DNA of 64,000 bases from an uncultured Bacilli bacterium (GCA_934087065.1 CAKOIS010000002.1:11880-75879), one strand, 5' to 3'. Numbered from the stretch's first letter, positions 37,593 to 47,037 are shown. Numbers and translations: made by a program. Notes: a model not told the origin generated them from the letters alone.

Positions 37593-40184
37593 ATGGCAAA
37601 AAAGAAAACTGAAGAAAATATTGTAGAAAAAATATATGATTACACTCTAGAAGAAATAATGGGAGATAGGTTTGGAAGATATGCAAAGAGTATTATACAA
37701 GACCGTGCTTTACCAGATGTTAGAGATGGCTTAAAGCCAGTTCAAAGAAGAATACTTTGGAGTATGTATGAAAGTCATAACACATATGATAAACCTTTTA
37801 GGAAAAGTGCTAAAGCAGTTGGAGATATCATGGGACATTATCACCCACATGGAGATAGTTCTATATATGATGCGTTAGTAAGGCTTAGTCAAAGATGGAA
37901 AATGCGTGAACCACTTGTAGAAATACACGGAAATAATGGTTCAATTGATGGAGATGGTCCAGCAGCAAGCCGTTATACTGAGGCAAGACTTTCTAAAATA
38001 GCAAATGTAATGCTATCAGATATAAATAAAGATGCTGTTAAAATGACGCTTAACTATAGTGATGAAGATTTAGAGCCTACTGTTTTACCAGCACACTTTC
38101 CAGCACTATTAGTTAATGGGTCTACTGGAATAAGTGCAGGTTATGCAACAAACATTCCACCACATAATTTATCTGAAGTAATAGATGCGACTATAAAAAG
38201 AATTGATAGTCCTAACTGCAGACTTGATACTATACTAGAAATAATAAAAGGACCTGACTTTCCAACAGGTGGAGTAGTTGAAGGTAAAGAAGGGCTTATT
38301 CAAGCATATACTACTGGTAAAGGGAAAGTAGTATTAAAAGCTAACTATGAAATTATAGAAGAAAAAGGTAAAAAACAAATTCTTATAAAAGAAATACCTT
38401 ATGAAGTGTTAAAAGAACAATTAAAGAAAAAGATAGAAGATATTAAGAGTGATAAAAAAATTGATGGTATAACTGATGTAATTGATGAGTCTGATAGAAC
38501 TAACATGGCTAGATTAGTAATTGAACTTAAAAAAGATACTGATGCTAACTTGATAATCAATTATTTACTAAAAAATACTGACTTACAAATAAACTATAAC
38601 TTTAATGTTGTTGCAATAGATAATAAAAGGCCTAAAACTTTAGGGCTTCTTGAAATATTAGATGCATTTATTCTTCATAAAGAAGAAGTTGTAATAAATA
38701 GAAGTAAGTTTGATTTAGAGCATTCTAAAAAAAGACTTCATATAGTAGAAGGCTTTATAAAAGCACTAGATATATTAGATGAAGTAATTAAAACTATTAG
38801 GAAAAGTAAGAATAAGGCTGATGCAATAGAAAACTTAGTTAAAGAGTATGATTTTACTACTGAACAGGCTACTGCTATTGTTATGATGCAGTTATATAAA
38901 CTTACTAATACTGATGTTACTGACTTACAAAATGAACATGCTAACTTACTTGAACTTATTAAATATTTAACAAGTGTAATAAATGATGAAAGTGTTCTAA
39001 AGGGAGTAATGAAAGATGAACTTAGGAGTATTAAAAAAGAGTTTGCAACTCCTAGAAGAACTATTATTAAAGATGAGATTACAGAAATTAAGATAGATGA
39101 GTTAAGTATGATACCTAAAGAAGACTTTATAGTAAGTGTAAGTAAAAGTGGATATATAAAGAAATTAAGTGTTAAAGTATATAATGCTAATAATGATAGT
39201 GAATACGTATTAAAAGAAAAAGATTATTTAATAGGTTTATACAAAATTAATAATATTGATACAATTATACTAATTACTAACTTAGGAAATTATTGTTATT
39301 TACCAGTAAGAGATATTACTGAATGTAAATATAAAGATATTGGTAAACATATAAGTAGTTATATTCCTTTATCTGAAGGAGAAACTATTATTGCAAGTTT
39401 TGGTATAAAGAATTTTGACTCAAGAACTATAACACTATTTAGTAAAGATGGTCTTGTAAAACAAACTGAATTATCTAATTTACCAGTTACAAGATACTCT
39501 AAACCTATGACTATATTTAAACTTAAAGATAATGATGAAGTGGTGAGTGCAAGTATAAATGATGGAGTGGTGTATATAGTTACAGAAAACGGGTTTGCTC
39601 TTAAGTTTAATAAAGAAGAAATACCTGTTGTTGGACTAAAAACGAGTGGAGTTAAAGGTATTAAACTAGTGAGTGATGCTGTAGTAAGTGCATTTGTAAC
39701 TAATGAGAACCACGAATACATTACTATATTTACTGATAAAAATACTGCTAAAAGAGTAAAACTTGAAGAAATAGATTATAGTAAGAGAAGTTTAAAAGGA
39801 GATAATATTTTACATAGTCCTAAATCAAAGAAATACAAAATAACTGAATGCTATGCAGGAAGTTCTAAAACTAATTATGGTCTTATAAGGGAAGAGACTG
39901 AAACAATTAAGTCAAGTGATATAAGCATAATGGATAAATCTAGTACGGGTAGTACAATATCTAAAAAAGACTTAACAGATGTGTTTAAAGAAGCAAGACT
40001 TAAAGTAATAGACGATGCACAACCAAGTACTGCTGAACATGAAGAAAACAGTAGTGGAGAAACGCCTAAAAAGGAAGAAAAAACTCAAGTAACAAAAGAA
40101 GAACCTAAAGAAGATAAAAAACAAGAAGAACAAGTTTATGAAACTTTAACAATGAGTGACTTCTTTGACGAATTCAAGATATAG
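37593..40184 (+). CDS. type IIA topoisomerase subunit A, probably ParC (topoisomerase IV); no GyrA box was found
   Basis: Catalytic Tyr region (AASRYTEARLS). The C-terminal beta-pinwheel lacks a QRGGKG-type GyrA box. Long K/E-rich C-terminal tail. Confidence 0.8.
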   Translation: MAKKKTEENIVEKIYDYTLEEIMGDRFGRYAKSIIQDRALPDVRDGLKPVQRRILWSMYESHNTYDKPFRKSAKAVGDIMGHYHPHGDSSIYDALVRLSQRWKMREPLVEIHGNNGSIDGDGPAASRYTEARLSKIANVMLSDINKDAVKMTLNYSDEDLEPTVLPAHFPALLVNGSTGISAGYATNIPPHNLSEVIDATIKRIDSPNCRLDTILEIIKGPDFPTGGVVEGKEGLIQAYTTGKGKVVLKANYEIIEEKGKKQILIKEIPYEVLKEQLKKKIEDIKSDKKIDGITDVIDESDRTNMARLVIELKKDTDANLIINYLLKNTDLQINYNFNVVAIDNKRPKTLGLLEILDAFILHKEEVVINRSKFDLEHSKKRLHIVEGFIKALDILDEVIKTIRKSKNKADAIENLVKEYDFTTEQATAIVMMQLYKLTNTDVTDLQNEHANLLELIKYLTSVINDESVLKGVMKDELRSIKKEFATPRRTIIKDEITEIKIDELSMIPKEDFIVSVSKSGYIKKLSVKVYNANNDSEYVLKEKDYLIGLYKINNIDTIILITNLGNYCYLPVRDITECKYKDIGKHISSYIPLSEGETIIASFGIKNFDSRTITLFSKDGLVKQTELSNLPVTRYSKPMTIFKLKDNDEVVSASINDGVVYIVTENGFALKFNKEEIPVVGLKTSGVKGIKLVSDAVVSAFVTNENHEYITIFTDKNTAKRVKLEEIDYSKRSLKGDNILHSPKSKKYKITECYAGSSKTNYGLIREETETIKSSDISIMDKSSTGSTISKKDLTDVFKEARLKVIDDAQPSTAEHEENSSGETPKKEEKTQVTKEEPKEDKKQEEQVYETLTMSDFFDEFKI

Positions 40185-40293
40185 TGCAAAATAAAGTACT
40201 TGATTTGATTAGCAAAATTTGTTATAATTAAATTGTCTTAAAGACATATAATATAATGGACAAACAAAAAGAGCAATACCTAGCTTTTGCCTG

Positions 40294-40551
40294 CTAGGTG
40301 TTCCTCAGTCCATATTGTGTTCTGAAGAACACCGTTTCATTAGTTGATACGGTGTTCGTTTTTGATTAAAAGTATTGGTTACTTTTAATCTCTGTGATTC
40401 GTATAGTGATCTAGCACAGTTATGATCACTACAAGTATAATTAAATACTCCATATTTGGGGTTAATTCCTTTCATATGACTCATACAGACCACCTCCATT
40501 CCTAAATTAATAGTAATTTTCGGACTGAGGAAAGACCACCTAACTACTAGG
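40294..40551. mobile_element. small (~260 bp) element bounded by ~18-20-bp imperfect inverted repeats (ctaggtg-ttcctcagtcc / ggactgaggaaagaccacctaactactag); possible MITE or IS remnant
   Basis: The terminal inverted repeats are visible directly. The interior has an atypical composition and a 64-aa minus-strand ORF with no clear function. It also shares the 19-mer gtatagtgatctagcacag with 40782-40800. Confidence 0.3.
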
Positions 40552-40867
40552 TATTACTCTGGTACTAATTATACCATATAGTAATAGGTTAAACAAGCAA
40601 ACAATGTGAAAATATTAAAAAATATTTTACAAAATATGGTTGACTAAGTGTGTAAACTTTGATACAATTAAGTTGTCATTAAGAAACAAAGTATTAATGA
40701 TAAAAAGTAGTATTAAGCATTGCAATGTTAGACGATATTGAATATTTACGTTTCTTTGCTAGAAACTACTTTCTGCTGTTTGTATAGTGATCTAGCACAG
40801 CTAGGTCATTTTTTATTTCATTTTAAGTCAAGAATTATATCTTTCCAAAAGATTTTCGCATTCACAC

Positions 40868-40896
40868 TTGCATTTCTAGGCATTTTATGGTAAAAT
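40868..40896 (+). promoter_or_regulatory. sigma-A promoter (TTGCAT-17-TAAAAT) plus ~100-nt leader upstream of rplU (possible L21 autoregulatory leader)
   Basis: Consensus spacing. A long 5' UTR precedes the L21 RBS aaaggaggt. Confidence 0.45.
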
Positions 40897-41004
40897 TTAT
40901 TTGTTTCTCAAGGCGTATTCACTTGAAAAACCGCTCAGAATAGGTTGTAAAAGGTTAAACCTTACCTCAATGGCGCGTCTTATTATTTAAAGGAGGTATG
41001 AAAA

Positions 41005-41307
41005 GTGAAAGCAATTATCGTTACTGGTGGAAAACAATATTTAGTTACAGAAGGAACTGTTTTATATGTTGAAAAACTTGATAATGAAGTTAATACAGAT
41101 GTTACTTTTAATGAAGTACTTTATGTTGATGGAAAAGTTGGAACACCTACAGTTAAAGGTGCAAGTGTTACTGCAACAGTTTTAAAGCATGGTAAACAAA
41201 AGAAGATTAGAGTATTTAAATATAAAAACAAAACTAAATCTTCAAGAGTAACTAAAGGACATAGACAACCATACACTAAAATAGAAATTAAGAAAATAGT
41301 TGGTTAA
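41005..41307 (+). CDS. rplU: 50S ribosomal protein L21
   Basis: [17 protein letters not shown]... is a canonical L21 N-terminus. GTG start with a strong RBS. Confidence 0.9.
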   Translation: MKAIIVTGGKQYLVTEGTVLYVEKLDNEVNTDVTFNEVLYVDGKVGTPTVKGASVTATVLKHGKQKKIRVFKYKNKTKSSRVTKGHRQPYTKIEIKKIVG

Positions 41308-41614
41308 TATGATTAAAGTTAATATTAAACGAAAAGAAAATATAATAAAAGAAATAAAACTAACAGGACATGCAAAGTATGACGAATACGGCAAAGACAT
41401 TGTGTGTGCAGGAGTTAGTACGTCGCTTACTGTAACTATCAATGCTTGTTTATCTTTTGATAAAGAAAGTATTACTTATAACGAGAGTGACCCATTTATA
41501 TTAACTAATGTAAATGAAAGTGAAATAACTAATAAATTATTAGAAAACTTAGTTAGAACTCTTAAAGATATAGAAAGTGACTACAAGAAAAACATTACAA
41601 TTAAGGAGGAATAA
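41300..41614 (+). CDS. prp: ribosomal-processing cysteine protease Prp (YsxB family)
   Basis: Conserved position between rplU and rpmA. GHA...CAGVS catalytic His/Cys pattern. Confidence 0.7.
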   Translation: MVNMIKVNIKRKENIIKEIKLTGHAKYDEYGKDIVCAGVSTSLTVTINACLSFDKESITYNESDPFILTNVNESEITNKLLENLVRTLKDIESDYKKNITIKEE

Positions 41615-41617
41615 ATA

Positions 41618-41905
41618 GTGAAATTTTTAAAATTAGATTTACAACTATTCGCATCCCACAAAGGTGTTGGTTCAACTAAAAACGGACGTGACTCTGCTGG
41701 TAGAAGACTTGGTGCTAAAGTTGCTGATGGACAATTTTGTACTGCAGGTTCTATTATTTATAGACAAAGAGGTACTAGAATTTATCCAGGTACTAACTGT
41801 GGAATGGGTAAAGACCACACATTATTCGCACTAGTTGATGGAGTAGTTAAATACGAAAGATTAGGAAGAGATAAGAAAAAAGCAAGTGTTTATGTTGTTG
41901 AATAA
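41618..41905 (+). CDS. rpmA: 50S ribosomal protein L27 (with Prp-cleaved N-terminal extension)
   Basis: The N-terminal extension [26 protein letters not shown] is the Prp cleavage motif typical of Firmicutes L27. Confidence 0.9.
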   Translation: MKFLKLDLQLFASHKGVGSTKNGRDSAGRRLGAKVADGQFCTAGSIIYRQRGTRIYPGTNCGMGKDHTLFALVDGVVKYERLGRDKKKASVYVVE

Positions 41906-41942
41906 ACACTTTTCTTATGCTATAATTTATCTAGAGGTGCAT

Positions 41943-42347
41943 ATGGTGGAAAAATTATTTATATATAAATGTGAAAATGTAACAATGAAAAATGGCTTAG
42001 TAGCTGATTTTGTGTATGCCTATAATTTAACTAAAGATAAGTATATGTATTTATTAAATAGTGATTTAAAAGAATATAATGTAACATATTTAGATTGGTT
42101 AGTAAATGATTTCTATTATATATATGGACCAGTTATGCTTGAATTTACAGTTAAAAAGAATTATGTGGGAGAAGAACTTTTTAAAGAAGTTGCTACTCAT
42201 ATTAATGAAGTTGATAAAGAATACTTTCATATTATAAAAGAAAAACTCGGCGTACAACAAAGGTTTGAATGTGGTATAACTCATGAATATTTATTAGAAA
42301 TGATAGATGAGACTAATAGTCAAATTTTAAGATACATTAAAAAGTAA
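41943..42347 (+). CDS. hypothetical protein (start moved to the ATG at 41943, after a TATAAT at 41923)
   Basis: ORF with RBS gaggtg. No motif recognised. Confidence 0.35.
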   Translation: MVEKLFIYKCENVTMKNGLVADFVYAYNLTKDKYMYLLNSDLKEYNVTYLDWLVNDFYYIYGPVMLEFTVKKNYVGEELFKEVATHINEVDKEYFHIIKEKLGVQQRFECGITHEYLLEMIDETNSQILRYIKK

Positions 42348-42455
42348 TGTTTCTTTTTTTATTTTGTAAATTATTCCAAAACACGTTAAAAAACTTATGT
42401 AAATTAACTCTTTTTTCTTTTATGAAAATGTAGTATAATATTATCATTAAAGGAA

Positions 42456-42656
42456 GTGACTAGTATGACAGACAATAATAATGATAATAATAACAATTTT
42501 AATGACTTAGAATGGGTAGTTAGTGAAGAAATAAATAAATGTGATGGTTGTTCAGGAAGTTGCTTTTTAAGAGAACTTATAGAAGAACAAAGAAAAGGAC
42601 TAATTACAGAAGAAGAAATTGTAGAAAGATTAAAGGAGTACTATGGTGAAGAATGA
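42456..42656 (+). CDS. small acidic hypothetical protein (66 aa), overlapping and possibly partnered with the downstream Fic gene
   Basis: RBS aaaggaag. N/D-rich N-terminus. CDGCSGSC motif. The stop overlaps the Fic start by 14 nt. Confidence 0.35.
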   Translation: MTSMTDNNNDNNNNFNDLEWVVSEEINKCDGCSGSCFLRELIEEQRKGLITEEEIVERLKEYYGEE

Positions 42657-43293
42657 TCCGTATGTACAAAAGAATGGTGTTTTAAAAAATAAGCTAAATA
42701 TAAAGAATGAAGAAAAACTAAAACAAGCAGAAAGTGATATAGTAATAACTAGAATACATGAGTATTTTAGTAATATGTCGTTTTCAAGAACTAAAGAGTT
42801 TTATTTAGCTTTACATAAGCACTTATTTGGAGATATTTATCCTTTTGCAGGAGAAATAAGAACTATTAATATAGAAAAACAAGAAAGAGTACTTGCTTGG
42901 GATAGTGTTAAATATATTGATTGTGATAAAATAAATACTGAACTAGACGCAACATTTGAAATACTATCTCATACAGACTTTTTAAGTTTAGATATAGAAA
43001 TGCAAAAAGACTTTTTAACCTCTTTAATAAGTGACTTATGGGGAATACATGCTTTTAGAGAAGGAAATACTAGAACAGTGCTTGTTTTCTTAAGAGGATA
43101 CTTAAATAGTTATGGAATTAATTTTAATATAAATTTCTTTAAAAATAGTAATACTTATCAATATGCAAGAGATGCTTTAGTTGCTTCATACTTTGAAAGC
43201 GATATACTAGGCATTACTAGAAATTATACTTATTTAAGAAAACTTATTGGAGATATTATAGAAGAAGATTTGGAAAGGAAAAGAAATATATGA
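42643..43293 (+). CDS. Fic/Doc-family protein (216 aa)
   Basis: HAFREGNTRTVLVFL matches the Fic core HxFx(D/E)GN(G)R, with G->T at the second glycine. Size and layout are typical of small Fic proteins. Confidence 0.55.
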   Translation: MVKNDPYVQKNGVLKNKLNIKNEEKLKQAESDIVITRIHEYFSNMSFSRTKEFYLALHKHLFGDIYPFAGEIRTINIEKQERVLAWDSVKYIDCDKINTELDATFEILSHTDFLSLDIEMQKDFLTSLISDLWGIHAFREGNTRTVLVFLRGYLNSYGINFNINFFKNSNTYQYARDALVASYFESDILGITRNYTYLRKLIGDIIEEDLERKRNI

Positions 43294-44672
43294 AATTAGA
43301 TATTAAAGAATTACATGAAAAATATGAAAGTTTAATGGGAAAAGAAATAGAGTTAAATGGTTGGATAAAAAGTAATAGGGATCAATCATCTTTAGGATTT
43401 ATTGATTTAAATGATGGTACATCTTTTAAAGGAGTACAAGTGGTTTATACTCCTGAGTTAAAAGATTTTGATGATATTTGTAAATTACAAGTAGGTAGTA
43501 GTGTTAATGTTAAAGGTGTACTTGTTAAAAGTGAAGGAGCTAACCAAGAATACGAAGTAAAATTGGATGAAATTACTTTACTAGGTGGAGTTGATATAGA
43601 CTATCCATTACAAAGCAAAGGTAGGCCTACAAGAGAATTTTTAAGAGAAATTGCTTACTTAAGACCTAGAACAAACTTATTTAATGCAGTTTTTAGAGTA
43701 AGAAGTATAGCTGCGTTTGCAATACATAAATATTTTCAAGAAAGAGGATACGTTTACTTTCATGCACCACTTATAACAGCAAGTGACTGTGAAGGTGCTG
43801 GGGAAATGTTTCAAGTAACTACACTTGACTTAGACAGAGTAGCAAGTTCTGGTAAAGTAGACTACTCAAAAGACTTCTTTGGCAAGCAAGCTAATCTTAC
43901 AGTATCAGGTCAATTAGAAGCTGAAACTTTTGCAATGGCTTACAAGAAAGTTTACACTTTTGGGCCAACTTTCAGAGCAGAAAACTCAAACACTAAAACA
44001 CACGCTAATGAATTTTGGATGATAGAGCCTGAAATGGCATTCATGGACTTGCATGACGATATGGATGTGATGGAGGATATGCTAAAATACGTAGTTAAAT
44101 ACGTACTAGAAAACGCTAAAGATGAAATGGCTTTCTTTGATAAATTCGTTGAAAAAGGATTACTTGAAAAACTAAATAAATTAGTAAATAGTCATTTTAC
44201 AAGAATTACTCATGAAGAAGTAATAACTATTTTAAAACAAGCAGATGTTAAATGGGAGTTTACTCCTGAATATGGAGAAGATATAGCAAAAGAACATGAA
44301 AAATATATAACAGAATACTTTAATGGACCAGTATTTATTACTAATTGGCCTAAAGATATAAAAGCATTCTATATGAAACAAAATGATGATGGGAAAACTG
44401 TTGCAGCAGTTGATCTAGAAGTACCAGGTGCAGGAGAGTTAATGGGTGGAAGTCAAAGGGAAGAAGATTATACTAAACTACTTAACATAATGACTGAACT
44501 TGGTATGAAAGAAGAAGATATGAAGTGGTACTTAAATCTTAGAAGATTTGGTGGATGTGTTCACTCAGGATTTGGAATGGGATTTGAAAGACTACTAATA
44601 TATTTAACTGGTGTAGAAAACATTAGGGATGTTATACCATACCCTAGAACACCAGGAAACTGTGAATATTAA
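43290..44672 (+). CDS. asnS: asparagine--tRNA ligase
   Basis: Class II aaRS motifs. FRAENSNTKTHANEFWMIEPE is diagnostic of AsnRS. 460 aa. Confidence 0.9.
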   Translation: MKLDIKELHEKYESLMGKEIELNGWIKSNRDQSSLGFIDLNDGTSFKGVQVVYTPELKDFDDICKLQVGSSVNVKGVLVKSEGANQEYEVKLDEITLLGGVDIDYPLQSKGRPTREFLREIAYLRPRTNLFNAVFRVRSIAAFAIHKYFQERGYVYFHAPLITASDCEGAGEMFQVTTLDLDRVASSGKVDYSKDFFGKQANLTVSGQLEAETFAMAYKKVYTFGPTFRAENSNTKTHANEFWMIEPEMAFMDLHDDMDVMEDMLKYVVKYVLENAKDEMAFFDKFVEKGLLEKLNKLVNSHFTRITHEEVITILKQADVKWEFTPEYGEDIAKEHEKYITEYFNGPVFITNWPKDIKAFYMKQNDDGKTVAAVDLEVPGAGELMGGSQREEDYTKLLNIMTELGMKEEDMKWYLNLRRFGGCVHSGFGMGFERLLIYLTGVENIRDVIPYPRTPGNCEY

Positions 44673-44691
44673 TTAGAAAGGATGGGAGTTT

Positions 44692-45084
44692 ATGGAAATT
44701 ATAGAAACTAAAATACAAAAAATATACGTATCAAATAATTGTGTAACTTATGCTTTTATGGTAGACTGCAATAAAGGTTACGCTTTCAGTGTAGTAAACT
44801 ATTCAAGAGAATGTGACTTCATGTCAAATGCTTTTGGTGCATCAAAGAAATTAAAACTAGGTAAAACAGCATACATTACACTAACTAAAGATAACAAAAT
44901 ACTTAGTATATCAAACGAACTTGGTGAGACAATTATCACAACTTTAACTTACGATTATGCTTATGGTACAGTAGATACTAAGAACAGAGATTACATAATA
45001 AATGAACTTGGTACAACTATGGAAGAATATACTTTAGATGTAGCAAAAACTGTTAAAGGAAAAAGTTTAACAAAAACTATGTAA
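44692..45084 (+). CDS. hypothetical protein (130 aa)
   Basis: ORF with RBS ggatggga. No motif recognised. Confidence 0.35.
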   Translation: MEIIETKIQKIYVSNNCVTYAFMVDCNKGYAFSVVNYSRECDFMSNAFGASKKLKLGKTAYITLTKDNKILSISNELGETIITTLTYDYAYGTVDTKNRDYIINELGTTMEEYTLDVAKTVKGKSLTKTM

Positions 45085-45104
45085 AGGTACTTGAAAAGAG
45101 TATC

Positions 45105-45302
45105 TTTTTTTGATATCATTAATTATGTAATAAAGATAGGAAGTGAAGTACATGAAAATTAACTCTTTAGTACAAAATAAAGTACAATATGGGGGGGGTT
45201 ATTTAAATAGTATAAATAACTATAGTTTTTCATGTGCAATTAAATGGATAGAATAAGTCTATCCATTTTTTCGTGTCTTAAAAAGAAAGGAGAGCATTAA
45301 AT
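45105..45302 (+). promoter_or_regulatory. conserved leader, copy 4: uORF from ATG 45152, G8 tract 45191-45198, perfect hairpin plus T-run about 45239-45272
   Basis: Homologous to the other leaders. With 8 G the uORF stays in frame through the left arm of the hairpin and stops at the TAA in its loop. Confidence 0.6.
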
Positions 45303-46931
45303 ATGCAACGAAAACAATTAACACTTGTAATAGTAAGCTTACTTGTAGTAGTACTAACTGTATCACTAGCTTACTTTACCGTACAAATAATAGGAAAGGG
45401 GAAATCTGTAGACGTAACAAGTGCTAACTTACAAATAGTATTCACAGATAGTGATGGAGCTTTAACAGAAACTGATATAGAACCTGGCTGGACTAAAACT
45501 AAAACATTTACTATTAAAAATGATACTAAGATAGAATACAAATATAATATAGTAATAAAAGACTTATTAAATACTTTTGTAACTAATGGATACTTAAAGT
45601 ACAAGATAACTAGTACAAATAATGGATATAATATGACTGAGTTTAAAGATATTCCAAAGTCTAGTGCACCTAAAGATACAATATTAGCTTATAGTGTAGT
45701 AATACCTAATGGAGTAACACAAAGTTATACAATTGAATTTAAGTATGCAAACGATGAAAGTGTAGACCAAAGTGATGATATGGGTAAGAAACTAAGTGGA
45801 ACTCTTTATATAGAGAAAGGGACTTTACCAACGTTAAGTGAGAAACTTTTTGCTGATAACCCAACAATACAAACAAGAAGTTCATTTGATGCAGTATTTA
45901 CTGAAACAAACACAGGAACTTTATATAAAGCAACAGAAAGTATAGCAGGTAGTCCTGCAAAAGATGTGTATTACTTTGCAGGAGATGCAAAGAATAACTG
46001 GGTTAATTTTGGAAAATATCAAACAGATTATGTTGTCTATAGAGGTTATTCTGAAACAGGCAGTAAATACATAGATTATTTGACAATGGATGCATGTACT
46101 AGTGCCTCAAATTATAATATTAATTGTACTGAACAAATATATTGGAATAAGGGTAATGATATATACTGGAGAATAGTAAGAACAAACTACGATGGAAGTG
46201 TAAAACTTCTATATGCGGGAAATAGCCCTGATACAACAAGTGGATACATAGGAACAAGTGCATTCAATAGCACAAATAATGATTCAATGTATGTAGGATA
46301 TAAATATGGTACAAGTGGGACTCTAGCAAATAACAGATTAAATACAAATGATAGTACAATAAAAACTTTTATAGATAACTGGTATAGTAATAACTTAACA
46401 AGTTATACAAAATATATAAGTACAGAAGCAGTATATTGTAATGACAGAAAAGCACTAAGCTATAGTATAAGTAGTTCTTTTGATTACTATGTACAAACAA
46501 GACTAGGTGCAGGAAATCCAACATATGATTGTGAAGATAGTAGTGATGCATTTTCAGGAAGTAATAGTGAAGCAAAATTAACACACCCAATAGGACTAAT
46601 GACAGCAGATGAAATAACATATGCAGGTGGTAAAGATACTACAGGCTTAACAAGTCCATATGCATGGTATTATCTAAACAGTGCTGGGGAAAGTATAACC
46701 GGAACACAATGGTGGTGGTCCTTGTCACCTCGACTCTGGAATGGTGTCATTTCGTACGTTTGGTTCGTTTTTGGTTCTTCTATTCCGGGTGCCCTTTTGA
46801 GCACCGCCGATGTGAACTTTGAGAATGGTGTTCGCCCCGCCATTTCTCTCAAATCTTGTGTCAAGACAAGTGGTGGAGATGGTTCAGCTAGTAACCCATA
46901 CACAATACAAGAAACAGCAAGTGGTTGTTAA
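45303..46931 (+). CDS. secreted/surface protein, paralog 4 (542 aa), with a more divergent C-terminal half and an A-depleted hypervariable terminal domain
   Basis: The N-terminal 170 aa are nearly identical to paralogs 2 and 3. The C-terminal domain WWWSLSP...GVRPAISLKSC is related but more diverged. Confidence 0.85.
   Translation: MQRKQLTLVIVSLLVVVLTVSLAYFTVQIIGKGKSVDVTSANLQIVFTDSDGALTETDIEPGWTKTKTFTIKNDTKIEYKYNIVIKDLLNTFVTNGYLKYKITSTNNGYNMTEFKDIPKSSAPKDTILAYSVVIPNGVTQSYTIEFKYANDESVDQSDDMGKKLSGTLYIEKGTLPTLSEKLFADNPTIQTRSSFDAVFTETNTGTLYKATESIAGSPAKDVYYFAGDAKNNWVNFGKYQTDYVVYRGYSETGSKYIDYLTMDACTSASNYNINCTEQIYWNKGNDIYWRIVRTNYDGSVKLLYAGNSPDTTSGYIGTSAFNSTNNDSMYVGYKYGTSGTLANNRLNTNDSTIKTFIDNWYSNNLTSYTKYISTEAVYCNDRKALSYSISSSFDYYVQTRLGAGNPTYDCEDSSDAFSGSNSEAKLTHPIGLMTADEITYAGGKDTTGLTSPYAWYYLNSAGESITGTQWWWSLSPRLWNGVISYVWFVFGSSIPGALLSTADVNFENGVRPAISLKSCVKTSGGDGSASNPYTIQETASGC
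46710..46850 (+). other. putative DGR-type variable region (VR) of paralog 4, a divergent class
   Basis: About 12% A. The conserved 3' boundary tttctctcaaatcttgtgtcaagacaagtggtggagatgg is shared with copies 1 and 3. Confidence 0.45.
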
Positions 46932-46958
46932 GATACTTGAAAAAGTATCTTTTTTCTT
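46932..46958 (+). terminator. rho-independent terminator (agatactt gaaa aagtatcttttttc)
   Basis: 8-bp stem plus a T-run directly after the paralog 4 stop. Confidence 0.6.
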
Positions 46959-47004
46959 TGACAAAATTTCACGTAAATTTCACAAAATAATTAGCACTTA
47001 GGTA

Positions 47005-47033
47005 TTGACTTTGCTAATTATGCATAGTATAAT
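47005..47033 (+). promoter_or_regulatory. sigma-A promoter TTGACT-17-TATAAT of the hrcA operon
   Basis: Perfect -10 and a near-consensus -35 with 17-nt spacing. Confidence 0.65.
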
Positions 47034-47037
47034 ATTG

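Noticed and set aside
40305-40499. 64-aa minus-strand ORF inside the IR-bounded element as a functional transposase
   Set aside because: It is too short and has no recognisable DDE/HUH motifs. It is more likely a remnant or fortuitous ORF, and only the element is reported.
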